Position numbers and translations under genes: made by a program. 29,758 bases of DNA, taken from positions 1-29,758 of IMG/VR virus record IMGVR_UViG_3300047279_000007, one strand, 5' to 3'. This DNA comes from a virus. Lineage: Duplodnaviria > Caudoviricetes. The notes below the pieces were generated by a model. The model was given only the letters and a program-made list of their open reading frames with translations, did no database searches and was not told where the DNA came from. This document shows, in pieces, positions 8,615 to 17,314 of the stretch. Each line of letters starts with the position of its first letter. The stretch's first letter is position 1.

Positions 8615-9574
8615 TTAAAGTCGTGCAGCTATTTGGTCAAATTGCTCTGCCAGCAAGCTACGTCGGTCTTGAGCATTGTTTTTAGTGGCGATTCCTGGTG
8701 TGGAACTTTTCACAGAAACTGCATTAGCCCTTGCAGATTTCGCTGCTCGGTCTGCCGCTACTCGTTTTGCGTTATCCAATTCGGCCTGTTTGCTGATTTG
8801 TACGCTATCAAATAACTCTGGGTCGAGGCGCACAGCTTTTTCATATGCGTCCTCTAACGTATGGGCCACGCCACTCTGTAGGAGTTGAATCATGGTCGGA
8901 CGTGCTTCTTCAAAATGTTCGGCTTTAGAGCTAAATTTTTCAATTTCGCCTAAAAGCTGTTGATTCTGAACTTGCTCTTGTTGCTGTTTCCAGCCATTCA
9001 CTTCACCACGAACATTATTCAGTTCGTTCTGAAGTGCATAAATCGTTGGGTCAACCGTCTGTTGAAAGTTAACTTCATTTAAGTTTACTCCATACTGTTG
9101 CGCTAATCTACTAAATAATTGCAATTTTTCTTGCCCATTAGTAGTTCGCAACATATGGTCAGCTTCCAACAAGGCTTTAACCGCCTTGGGAGTATCTAAA
9201 CCCATGCCCTGAATTGTCTGCAAATAAGGATTAACTACCTCGTTAATCTGATCTGCAAACTGCGCTTTGGAGATTAAAGGCTCAACACCCTTGCGCATTT
9301 GTTCTTCACGTTGCCAAGCATACTCTTGCATCTTGGGGTCGGCAGTCTGCCAAACGTCGTGATAGTCCTTTTTCCAACTAGCTGGCGCACGCTTCCAAAC
9401 GGGTTCTTCAACGGGTTCTTCTGCGGGCTTTTCATTGGAAGCAGCAAATTTGCCCGTGTCATCACGTTGGAATTTTGCGGGTTCAGCTTGGGCTACCTCA
9501 TCAAATTGCTGTGAGAGTAACTCACGACGATTATCTGGCGCTTCTGACGGGACTATGGGTTCTGTAGTATCCAA
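8615..9574 (-). CDS. Capsid scaffolding protein
   Basis: Acidic, helical, RDDTGKF and APASW motifs; TTG start with AGGAGA RBS; directly upstream of the major capsid gene. Confidence 0.75.
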   Translation of the reverse strand: MDTTEPIVPSEAPDNRRELLSQQFDEVAQAEPAKFQRDDTGKFAASNEKPAEEPVEEPVWKRAPASWKKDYHDVWQTADPKMQEYAWQREEQMRKGVEPLISKAQFADQINEVVNPYLQTIQGMGLDTPKAVKALLEADHMLRTTNGQEKLQLFSRLAQQYGVNLNEVNFQQTVDPTIYALQNELNNVRGEVNGWKQQQEQVQNQQLLGEIEKFSSKAEHFEEARPTMIQLLQSGVAHTLEDAYEKAVRLDPELFDSVQISKQAELDNAKRVAADRAAKSARANAVSVKSSTPGIATKNNAQDRRSLLAEQFDQIAARL

Positions 9575-9576
9575 AG

Positions 9577-9921
9577 TTATCTCCTGTGGTATTTCATCTG
9601 GATTGCTTGCTCACGCAATGAATTCATGATCTTGTTGGCTTCGCTGTGGGTCATGTTGCCCAACTGTTGCGCCAATACCTCACGCCTTTTCTCGCTCGAT
9701 GGAGGGGTGAGTTTTGTTTCCATTGATTCATTGCCCACCTCGATACATCCATTTGCTTTCAGATGTTCACGGTGTCGGCTTCGGCTCTGGATCATAGAGC
9801 CATCAATCATAGATTTGTAAGGAGCAATGTCGCCCATAACCATGGGGGCTTGGACATCTTCATCGTTGGCTTTGTGTTTTTCAACCAACTCGCCATTACG
9901 CATAACGTAAGTAGTTCTCAT
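9577..9921 (-). CDS. Conserved phage head-module protein
   Basis: DIAPYKSMIDGSMIQSRSRHREHLKANGCIEVGNE; ATGA-type coupling to the upstream gene. Confidence 0.6.
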   Translation of the reverse strand: MRTTYVMRNGELVEKHKANDEDVQAPMVMGDIAPYKSMIDGSMIQSRSRHREHLKANGCIEVGNESMETKLTPPSSEKRREVLAQQLGNMTHSEANKIMNSLREQAIQMKYHRR

Positions 9922-10397
9922 AGTAGCAAAATTTCCTCGTCATCTGATTCGATGTGGTCGTCCCAAATTAACTGCATTTTGTCCAAATTTGACATCATTT
10001 TGTCGATGTCTGTCATTGTGACATTTTGCTTGGTTTTAATTGTAGCAAATGTTTCAACATAAGGCGCAATTATTTCCTCGGGTATTTTCCCCTCAACAAT
10101 GCGCTCAAAAGCCGCGAGAATCTCATCTCTGCGCTTTTTGTTCTTCTCTTGCTCACGTTTAAACTGTTTTTTCTGCTTATCGGGGCCAGGATCATGGGTG
10201 TCATCAAGATAAATAATTGGCACAGGAGGCGTTACGTTGCCTACCGTACCTGTAGCTTGAACACCCGTTAGTTGGACAATTACGGGGAAAGTAGCAGTTA
10301 CATCCCCAACGCCACCCGTGGCTTGGTTGCCCGATAGTGGGAGACTATCCCACTTGGCATCACCCCAATCACCTATGCCCCATGCACCCTGTGCCAT
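9918..10397 (-). CDS. Hypothetical virion protein (Trp/Gly N-terminus, two short repeats, charged C-terminus)
   Basis: GAWGIGDWGDAKWD; LSGNQATGGVGDVT / LTGVQATGTVGNVT repeat; ends DDEEILLL. Confidence 0.55.
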   Translation of the reverse strand: MAQGAWGIGDWGDAKWDSLPLSGNQATGGVGDVTATFPVIVQLTGVQATGTVGNVTPPVPIIYLDDTHDPGPDKQKKQFKREQEKNKKRRDEILAAFERIVEGKIPEEIIAPYVETFATIKTKQNVTMTDIDKMMSNLDKMQLIWDDHIESDDEEILLL

Positions 10398-10843
10398 TAT
10401 GCGATACGCAAAAGACCTGTGGATGCGTTGTTCACGGGCATGGTCAACGTAAAGTTGCCAGCCGTTACTGTTTGCGATCCAAAGTTATGAACGCTTACTG
10501 CTTTGTTACCAGCGCTTGAGTTGTAGATTAGAACAGCATCAAAAGCCGTTGTAACTGTTAAAGCAGTCCATGAAAAGTCACCAGATGGCGTCCAGTATGC
10601 CGTTGTTCCGCTTGTTGCGGGTGCATTGGCATTGGCCACCGTCACGCCTCCAGCGGTGTAACCTGTGCCAGATGTATTCGTAACTTCATCAGTTGTTGAA
10701 TAAACCGTAGTCCCCGCACCCAAACTGCCACTTGCAAAGTACAAAGCGGCTTTAAATGTGTTGCCTGTGCTTGGCGTGAAGTTATGCGTTCCTGTGAGCA
10801 ATTCGCCCTTGAAACTTGTACACATTGCCGTTGAATTTGCCAT
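10397..10843 (-). CDS. Putative virion structural protein
   Basis: 148 aa, T/G/A-rich and beta-type; GAGGA RBS. Confidence 0.55.
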   Translation of the reverse strand: MANSTAMCTSFKGELLTGTHNFTPSTGNTFKAALYFASGSLGAGTTVYSTTDEVTNTSGTGYTAGGVTVANANAPATSGTTAYWTPSGDFSWTALTVTTAFDAVLIYNSSAGNKAVSVHNFGSQTVTAGNFTLTMPVNNASTGLLRIA

Positions 10844-10852
10844 TTTGGTTCC

Positions 10853-11038
10853 TCAAAAAGATAAAGCAGCGCCATCAGCAATGGCCGCATCTTTTAAATG
10901 CACATGAACTGACCGATGCACCAATTCATTTTCAAGCCAATATTCAACCCACGCAATAGTTTCTGTGTCGGTGTCTGATTGACCTTCCCGCTTTTCAAGC
11001 AAAGATTCATCCATTTGCCCTTTAGTGGTTTCAATCAT
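10853..11038 (-). CDS. Small hypothetical protein
   Basis: Overlaps the portal stop; GGAGG RBS; WVEYWLENELVHRSVHV. Confidence 0.55.
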   Translation of the reverse strand: MIETTKGQMDESLLEKREGQSDTDTETIAWVEYWLENELVHRSVHVHLKDAAIADGAALSF

Positions 11039-13377
11039 TTAACAACCTCCATGCCAATGGCTTTACCATCAGGCCCACGAATAATCCTCTTTGGCGCTGA
11101 AATCATCTCAGCCACGGATTTCATGACTTCTTTGTTGTCATTCTGGTTCTTCATCATTTCTTGCATTGTTCCAACAGTATTGTTGTGGCTTTGCATGACT
11201 TGTTGATTTGAATTGTTCACCGTGTTCATCATTGCCTCAATCATGCTACGCAAGTCTTGATTCATGGCTGATTGAACTTGCTGTTGTGCAGTTATGTCAT
11301 CAGGGTGCATTGAGGCTGAATGGTTGATCTGGGCAACACGAATCTTTGTGTTGGCGTCCAGTTCAGCCTTAAAGCGCTCCATTTGCTGTTCACGTTCAAG
11401 TTTGGCACTCTCAAGTTGAGCAGTAAACTGTTGTTTTTGCGCCTCAGATTGCAACTCTGCTTGCAACTTCATCTGCTCCATTTGCATCTCAGCTTGCACT
11501 TTGGCTTGATGTAATTGGGCATCAAACTGTGCTTGCGCTTGTGCGGCTTGCATATCTGCTTGGACACGCATCTGCTCTGATTGCTGTTGCGCTTGCAACT
11601 TAATCATCTCAGGATCAGGCTTGGGTTGCTGTGGTTGTGCCATCTTTTGCTTGATTTGGTCTAGCGCTTGGTCAATTACGCCTTCAAGTTGCTCTGATGA
11701 CTTAAACGCACTCACGCCAAACTTCATGACTTCCATCAATACAGGCGTCATTTCTGGGCTTGCTTGTGCAACAGGCATGGCTTGCTGCAAGAAGCCCGCA
11801 AACGCACCAATAAATTCGGTACGTTCACGCTTCATGGCCGCTTCGTCCAATTGAACCAAACTATCTGCCGCCACTTCAATCCTGAAATTACGCAATGGCT
11901 TGGTTTTAATCAATTGCAAAGCCTGTGGAATCATCTGCTGATCCACGGGTTGCATCTGGCTTGCTGCCGCATACATAATAATCGTCTGCGGTTGGAACTT
12001 GGTGCAAATGACTTGCGCTTTAAGTCTAATCAGATCAGAGGCAAACAATGCCACTTCTTCTTGCATAGAACGCAGTCTAAGGCTCGCAAATTGTCCCTTG
12101 ATCTGTTGGGCAGTAGCTGTCTCACTTGCTTGTGACGCGCCCCTCAAAATGTCAGACAAACCTGTGATTTCATAGATTTGTTGCTTGATTTCTTGTCGTG
12201 CGCGATAACATTGAAGCAAAGCATTGGCCAAAGTGTCCAACGGCAAAAGGTCAATTGAACCCTTTAAACCGCCTTTTTCACTAAACGCCATCCACTTGTC
12301 AACAGGAATCAGGGTGTTGTTGTCGCCCTCTGTCAACAATCGTTGCAATGCGGGGGTGCTTGCATCGTAAACACCACGAACGCGCAAAGACTTGACCAGT
12401 CCATCAATTCGGTCGCTCAAGATGTCCAACTCATTGGCTTGGTCTTGATACAGCACAAAGTCAGGAACAGGCACAAGGCTGTCGCTTGTCATCGTTGCAT
12501 ACAAAGGCTTGCAACATGGGAAAAACTGCTCTAACTCAAGCGGGTCATCGCGTACATCAATGAACTTGTTGCCTTGTTTGCTGAACCAATAGACCTTGGC
12601 AGTCTCTTTGTCCCACAATTCGCAAATCTTGGCGCGTGTGTATTCTCTTTGATTGCTTGCGTAGTTTGACAGAGGATCGGGGCCACTATCCAATGGAATG
12701 TTGCGGGCTGCTTCCTCGCCAAAACGCTCAACCAAGGCGTCTTTGGTCATATAGACCCAACGCCATACTTGGGTTACTTCTTCCCATGTACGGGCTACGC
12801 TGTGGCCAAAATCAGCCCAATGGACGTAGTCAGTAGGTGCGCATTCGTACTCAATCTGCTCCATTGGCTCGGCTTGGCCAGCGGTGTAGTCTTTGGTTTC
12901 TGCCTCATCCGTATCTTCGGTGACTTGCAAGCCATCGTCGTTTTCGGGGGTTTCGGGCATACCAGGCACTTGGACAACGTGCGGCTCATAGCGAACCCAT
13001 GCCACACCACGGCCACCCAAGAACCGATCTTCAACAGCATGACGCATCGTGCTTCTAAAGTCGGTGTAATGCTCAATCTCAAAATCTAACGCACGCTCAA
13101 CCAAAGAGGACGCAACCCGACCAACTGGATCATTGTCGCCAAACCTACGGCTGACATCAGCCTTTGGCATCTTGCTATAAACAGCAGGGATTAAGGTTTG
13201 GACGTTTGACCAGAGAATGTTGAACTTAGCGGTGTCATTGCCGCTTGCGCTACGGGTGTCATCCCTGTAACGCCTAATGATCTTCTTGGTGCGTGCTTCC
13301 CACTTCTTAAACTCGTTGTCATAAGTGGCGATGAGGGTGTTGTACTTGTCAACTTCCGTTGGGACTAATTCAGCCAT
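11035..13377 (-). CDS. Portal protein with long Q/M-rich C-terminal coiled coil
   Basis: 780 aa downstream of TerL; FNILWSNV, YEITGLSDILRG, ETATAQQIK motifs. Confidence 0.85.
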   Translation of the reverse strand: MAELVPTEVDKYNTLIATYDNEFKKWEARTKKIIRRYRDDTRSASGNDTAKFNILWSNVQTLIPAVYSKMPKADVSRRFGDNDPVGRVASSLVERALDFEIEHYTDFRSTMRHAVEDRFLGGRGVAWVRYEPHVVQVPGMPETPENDDGLQVTEDTDEAETKDYTAGQAEPMEQIEYECAPTDYVHWADFGHSVARTWEEVTQVWRWVYMTKDALVERFGEEAARNIPLDSGPDPLSNYASNQREYTRAKICELWDKETAKVYWFSKQGNKFIDVRDDPLELEQFFPCCKPLYATMTSDSLVPVPDFVLYQDQANELDILSDRIDGLVKSLRVRGVYDASTPALQRLLTEGDNNTLIPVDKWMAFSEKGGLKGSIDLLPLDTLANALLQCYRARQEIKQQIYEITGLSDILRGASQASETATAQQIKGQFASLRLRSMQEEVALFASDLIRLKAQVICTKFQPQTIIMYAAASQMQPVDQQMIPQALQLIKTKPLRNFRIEVAADSLVQLDEAAMKRERTEFIGAFAGFLQQAMPVAQASPEMTPVLMEVMKFGVSAFKSSEQLEGVIDQALDQIKQKMAQPQQPKPDPEMIKLQAQQQSEQMRVQADMQAAQAQAQFDAQLHQAKVQAEMQMEQMKLQAELQSEAQKQQFTAQLESAKLEREQQMERFKAELDANTKIRVAQINHSASMHPDDITAQQQVQSAMNQDLRSMIEAMMNTVNNSNQQVMQSHNNTVGTMQEMMKNQNDNKEVMKSVAEMISAPKRIIRGPDGKAIGMEVVK

Positions 13378-13378
13378 T

Positions 13379-13414
13379 GTTCTTTCCTTCTTAGCAAGTC
13401 CATGAGGCTGTCAT
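13379..13414 (-). pseudogene. Possible relic of a small basic phage gene (MTASWTC*EGKN)
   Basis: ATGA-coupled start and early TAA. Resembles the MTAAWTRKEGKN start of a small phage protein family recalled from memory. Confidence 0.4.
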
Positions 13415-13566
13415 TTATTCTCAGGCTTTGCGGTTTTAGCGGCTTCTTTGAAATCTTTAGCGGTAGGGGCGTCTTTACTGCCCACTTTGTTCATTTTTTC
13501 GCCTGAACCCGCTTTGATTCGCTCTTGTTTAGCCAAAATGTTGGCATAAAGTCCAGCTTTAGACAT
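13411..13566 (-). CDS. Small basic phage protein (51 aa)
   Basis: Below ORF-track cutoff: MSKAGLYANILAKQERIKAGSGEKMNKVGSKDAPTAKDFKEAAKTAKPENK; fills the gap between genes. Confidence 0.7.
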   Translation of the reverse strand: MSKAGLYANILAKQERIKAGSGEKMNKVGSKDAPTAKDFKEAAKTAKPENK

Positions 13567-13568
13567 GA

Positions 13569-13883
13569 TTAAGCCGAGAAGATGCCAATGGCTAACACTT
13601 CAACGCCAGCGCCTGTGGTGATCTTCCACGGGCCATTTCGGGACACAACATTCAATTCGATGTCGTATTGACCAATGCCACCACCAGGCGATGCGGGCAA
13701 CAGCACATGGCTAAAACCAGCGCCATCAAGAATGCTAACGCTGCCAGTTGCCGCTGTTGCTACTGTGCAAGCTAGGCGGTGAATATAGTCACCCGCTGCA
13801 CCTGTTCCACCCAAAACACGCGCAGTTGAGCTTGCGGGGACGTGTTCATATTGGTATGTATAAGGACTATTTGTGCCACTCAT
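13569..13883 (-). CDS. Hypothetical beta-rich protein between TerL and portal
   Basis: 104 aa, coupled to the TerL stop; AAGGAG RBS. Confidence 0.6.
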   Translation of the reverse strand: MSGTNSPYTYQYEHVPASSTARVLGGTGAAGDYIHRLACTVATAATGSVSILDGAGFSHVLLPASPGGGIGQYDIELNVVSRNGPWKITTGAGVEVLAIGIFSA

Positions 13884-15220
13884 ATTCGATTACTCCTTGC
13901 GGTTTGCTTGTGGATTGCCCACATATCGTTCATTGTGACTTCGTTTTCAGGGCCAACAATCAACACTTTACTCGGGTCTGGTGGGTTGTCTTTAGGTTCT
14001 TCCCGCCAACTAATTGCTAACATCCTCATGGCATCGGCTGCGTGACTTGTCCAGTCATGCTTTGGAGACTGCCTAAATGCCTTCGTATCCTCGTTATATT
14101 CACGCTGATACTGTCTCAATGCTTCAATGCCATCTGCGCACTTTTCAGCATCAAACCAACATCTAGGCAATGCCATCCGAACCGCTTGCAAACCATCTTG
14201 GATTGTCAAACTTGGCACAATCGCCAAATTGTTGATGCCCAATCCAACTGCCATTTGCTCAATTACTGACTTCCCACCGCTTGCCAAAGTCCTTGCTCTT
14301 GCATCATGCGGTAAGTAGTGCTTTCCGTAATTGTAGGGTTTTTCTTTGATTTTTGTTACAAAATCTTCAATTGTTCCACCAGAAAGGGCAAAAAAATCAA
14401 CAATATGGATCTCCCCGCCAATGACCTGATACCACCAAATGGCCGTGTCATCAGTACGCCCCAAGTCCCAAGCCGTGTGTGTCTTAACCTCAATCTGGTT
14501 CTCAACCTTGGTGATACGGCCTTGTTCTGTAACCTCGCGCATCTCATCCCCATAGATTGCGCCAACAATGGCCGCCTCAAAGCTGCACTCATACTCTTGG
14601 AGATACTGGTCTTTTGCCAACTGCGCCCTTGCCGCATCTAACTCTGTCTCTGGCAATAGCTTTGATTTACTAGCGGGCAAAGACAGCGTAAACCACTCAT
14701 GTGGCTGTTTTCTGCTTGTCTCAAAGATGTCCCAAAACTGATTTTTACCCTTGGGCGTGCCACCAAAGACGCACCAGCCCTGTTTGTCAGATAACGCTGG
14801 CCTGACCACGTTACCCCAAACGCTTGGCTTGAAGTCGCCATATTCATCAAGGTAAAGCCCATCAAAGCCCAATCCACGCATGGCATCAGCATTGTCAGCG
14901 CCAAACAGCCTGATCTTTGCCCCGTTTAACAGTTCAATGATTAAGTCGGCTTCATTGCTAGACTTGGCAATAGGACGGGAAAAGTATTTGAGATAGTCCC
15001 ACGCCACGCTCTTGGCTTGACTTCTATACGGGGCGACGTACCCAAACAAGGGCATAGGGCTTTTGCAAGTGATTGCCGCCCTGATGATGTCGTTGATGGC
15101 CGCAACGGTCTTACCCGCCCTTCGGTGAGCAACCAAGCAAGCCCATCGCTCGGTTCTGGCGTGAAACTCCCTAAACTGCTTTCTAGGGCTGTAAGGGATT
15201 TCTATGATTCCGCTTGCCAT
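13880..15220 (-). CDS. terL: Terminase large subunit
   Basis: Walker A HRRAGKT, Walker B LYLDEY, GTPKG coupling motif, nuclease WDLG..D and HDWTSHAADAMR. Confidence 0.93.
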   Translation of the reverse strand: MASGIIEIPYSPRKQFREFHARTERWACLVAHRRAGKTVAAINDIIRAAITCKSPMPLFGYVAPYRSQAKSVAWDYLKYFSRPIAKSSNEADLIIELLNGAKIRLFGADNADAMRGLGFDGLYLDEYGDFKPSVWGNVVRPALSDKQGWCVFGGTPKGKNQFWDIFETSRKQPHEWFTLSLPASKSKLLPETELDAARAQLAKDQYLQEYECSFEAAIVGAIYGDEMREVTEQGRITKVENQIEVKTHTAWDLGRTDDTAIWWYQVIGGEIHIVDFFALSGGTIEDFVTKIKEKPYNYGKHYLPHDARARTLASGGKSVIEQMAVGLGINNLAIVPSLTIQDGLQAVRMALPRCWFDAEKCADGIEALRQYQREYNEDTKAFRQSPKHDWTSHAADAMRMLAISWREEPKDNPPDPSKVLIVGPENEVTMNDMWAIHKQTARSNRI

Positions 15221-15531
15221 TTAATGACCATTTCTTGAGGGCCACCGTCTACGCCCGTTACCTCTGAACGCGCCAATTTGGGTACATGGTACTCAACAAC
15301 GCTTTGGAACATCTCAAACGCCTTGGCGGGGTTTGGCTTTATGTCATTAGTAGGATCACCTTCAGCAACAGCGTCGAGCCATTCTGTGAGCCTGTGGGCG
15401 TTTTGATCGACAAACAAGGCTATGGCCTGTCTTGCCTCTTGCGTGACCTTGTTGGGCGTTCCAGCGGGTCTGCCGTTCGGGTTATTGGTCTTACCCTTGC
15501 GGCTTTGTTTAGTTTTGTTGTTTTCAGTCAT
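15202..15531 (-). CDS. terS: Terminase small subunit
   Basis: NPNGRPAGTPNK N-terminus and EVTGVDGGP C-terminus; overlaps the TerL start. An alternative GTG start lies at 15540. Confidence 0.75.
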   Translation of the reverse strand: MTENNKTKQSRKGKTNNPNGRPAGTPNKVTQEARQAIALFVDQNAHRLTEWLDAVAEGDPTNDIKPNPAKAFEMFQSVVEYHVPKLARSEVTGVDGGPQEMVIKWQAES

Positions 15532-15550
15532 TGCTTGCACCTTGTCGGGT

Positions 15551-15639
15551 GAGGGCGTTGATTTGGTCTTTAATTACGCGTGCGAGAAAACAGGAAAATT
15601 ACACGCTTGACATCCTCAATTGCCTGTTTAACCGCCCTC
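15551..15639 (-). ncRNA. Candidate structured RNA/DNA element upstream of terS
   Basis: Outer stem GAGGGCG/CGCCCTC enclosing crossing helices AAACAGG/CCTGTTT and GCGTG/CACGC plus a TTGA/TCAA hairpin. Confidence 0.4.
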
Positions 15640-15662
15640 GTTTTTCTTTCTGTTCATTACTT

Positions 15663-16016
15663 TTATTTGATTTTTAAGGCTTCTTTTAAAACTCTTTGAA
15701 TGTAATCTTTGTAATCTAGTTTTGATGTATTTGAAAGTTTTTCAACAGCGTCTGTGATTAGTTCGTAATAGTCTTGATTTGTCATGCCCGTTTGCTTACT
15801 AAACCAATGCTCTTTCAAACTTTTGCACCATGCGGCCGTAAAGAAAAAACATAAAGTAAAAGCACCCCATTGTTCAGCTTGATAAGAGGCATAAAACCAG
15901 AATGGTTGTCCTAACAAACCAAAAATGCAAGCCCACTTGCGGTATTCTGTTCTTTTGTCCTGAATTAGCCAAATTGCAATTAACTCTGTAACTGCAATAA
16001 AAATTTGCTCAATCAC
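15663..16016 (-). CDS. Small 3-TM membrane protein, PnuC/SemiSWEET-like half transporter
   Basis: Three hydrophobic segments with W/Q/P pattern (KWACIFGLLGQPFWFY...QWG) and a soluble C-terminal tail. Confidence 0.5.
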   Translation of the reverse strand: MIEQIFIAVTELIAIWLIQDKRTEYRKWACIFGLLGQPFWFYASYQAEQWGAFTLCFFFTAAWCKSLKEHWFSKQTGMTNQDYYELITDAVEKLSNTSKLDYKDYIQRVLKEALKIK

Positions 16017-17134
16017 TTAGAAAGTCCTTCTTTCCATGCCCATGCTGGCAATAAGCCAGTTTTTTGTTCTGCGTATTCTGTCAAAGCAGGGTTTGCTGTT
16101 TGGTTGAATTTTCCAAAAGGCCCAAAATTAACCCATGAGTTTTGACCTCGTGTTTCAGAAGTTACGGCTGGCAATGCTTCGGGTGAATACATCCTTGCAT
16201 GAGATTGGAAAGCGTTTTCCTCACCTGCTGCGCGAAAGCCAACGCCATGCTTGGCATGACCAAATACATCATGAACAGCACGAAACACATCGTTGGCTGT
16301 TACTTCTTTACCGTTCCATTTTTCACCCACACGCATTAGCAATGGGTTGGCTTGGCTTGCTTCCATTGCCGATGGCCCGCCAAATCCTTGCTCTGTGGGA
16401 AATACAGACAATTTTTTGTTTAAAATTACATCATTTATGGCGTTTCTAGGATTTCCATAAATATCACCCGACTCGGGCATAAAATCAAACTTATAGCCTT
16501 TTTGTCTCAAAGCCTCATATTGACCCATTGTTTCTTCAATTAAAGCGGCATATGCTTTTTTAACACTTGGATCATTAGGATTGTTGGCCATCACTTGATA
16601 AGCCTCAGCTAACTTGTTTGCTCGATTTGGGTCAATTTGAGAATACTTGGTTAAAGGTTCATAAACAGAACCTTTGTCGGCCATGTAGTTTTTTGCAATG
16701 TCAACCAACCGTTGATCTGTTCCAAATTGCTCTAGTTTTCCACCTACATTTACCGCGCTTGGCAAACCTTCCAATGATTTACCAATAAATCTTTTGGGCG
16801 CAAGAATGCCGCCGACGTTGTAACCTTCTGCCATCAAAGCAGCTAATCGTCGGCTCTTTGGGCCATAATTCATGCCCTCTGAAGTTGTAGCGTCATAAAG
16901 CTGGTCTTTTGCGGCAACCGCCCTGTTTACGGCATCGATGCCCATTTCTTTTAATCCCGTTACAGGGTCTTGAGCAAAGTTTTGCACTCGACCAGGGATG
17001 GTTTTAATGTTGTTGTAAATGTCGGCTAAAGTAGACATTACTTTTTCGCCACTATTTTGTTGCGCCAAAGGGTCCAAACTCTTTTTAGCGTTATAAAAGT
17101 TTAAAGCAGCAGCAATTTGTTGTGGATCAGCCAT
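16013..17134 (-). CDS. Hypothetical protein with putative metal-binding HDxxGH...EE domain
   Basis: FRAVHDVFGHAKHGVGFRAAGEENAFQSH...ETRGQNS in the C-terminal part; AAAGG RBS. Confidence 0.6.
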   Translation of the reverse strand: MADPQQIAAALNFYNAKKSLDPLAQQNSGEKVMSTLADIYNNIKTIPGRVQNFAQDPVTGLKEMGIDAVNRAVAAKDQLYDATTSEGMNYGPKSRRLAALMAEGYNVGGILAPKRFIGKSLEGLPSAVNVGGKLEQFGTDQRLVDIAKNYMADKGSVYEPLTKYSQIDPNRANKLAEAYQVMANNPNDPSVKKAYAALIEETMGQYEALRQKGYKFDFMPESGDIYGNPRNAINDVILNKKLSVFPTEQGFGGPSAMEASQANPLLMRVGEKWNGKEVTANDVFRAVHDVFGHAKHGVGFRAAGEENAFQSHARMYSPEALPAVTSETRGQNSWVNFGPFGKFNQTANPALTEYAEQKTGLLPAWAWKEGLSK

Positions 17135-17137
17135 TGG

Positions 17138-17311
17138 TCAAGACCTTTCTTTTTTGTCCATTGCCATCATTGCTTCAGCTAATCGTTTGCCTTTGTCGGC
17201 CTGATTGTAATCTTTCGCTACGCTTACAGGAATACCCATCTTTTTTGCAAATTCAGGGTTATGTGCGGCTGCGGCCATCATTCTGGCTTGTGCTGGTGAG
17301 TGGCTTGGCAT
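17138..17311 (-). CDS. Small basic phage protein (57 aa)
   Basis: Below ORF-track cutoff: MPSHSPAQARMMAAAAHNPEFAKKMGIPVSVAKDYNQADKGKRL...; fills the gap with 3-nt spacers on both sides. Confidence 0.7.
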   Translation of the reverse strand: MPSHSPAQARMMAAAAHNPEFAKKMGIPVSVAKDYNQADKGKRLAEAMMAMDKKERS

Positions 17312-17314
17312 GGC

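Noticed and set aside
13391-13393. Stop-codon reassignment or read-through
   Set aside because: TAA, TGA and TAG all end genes normally here, and core genes are intact in the standard code.
15533-15600. Pistol ribozyme (minus-strand AGGTGCAA ending)
   Set aside because: Could not build the P1/pseudoknot/P2/P3 arrangement; only the terminal 8-mer resembles it.
15551-15639. tRNA (7-bp acceptor-like stem)
   Set aside because: No T-loop GTTC motif, D-arm or anticodon arm.
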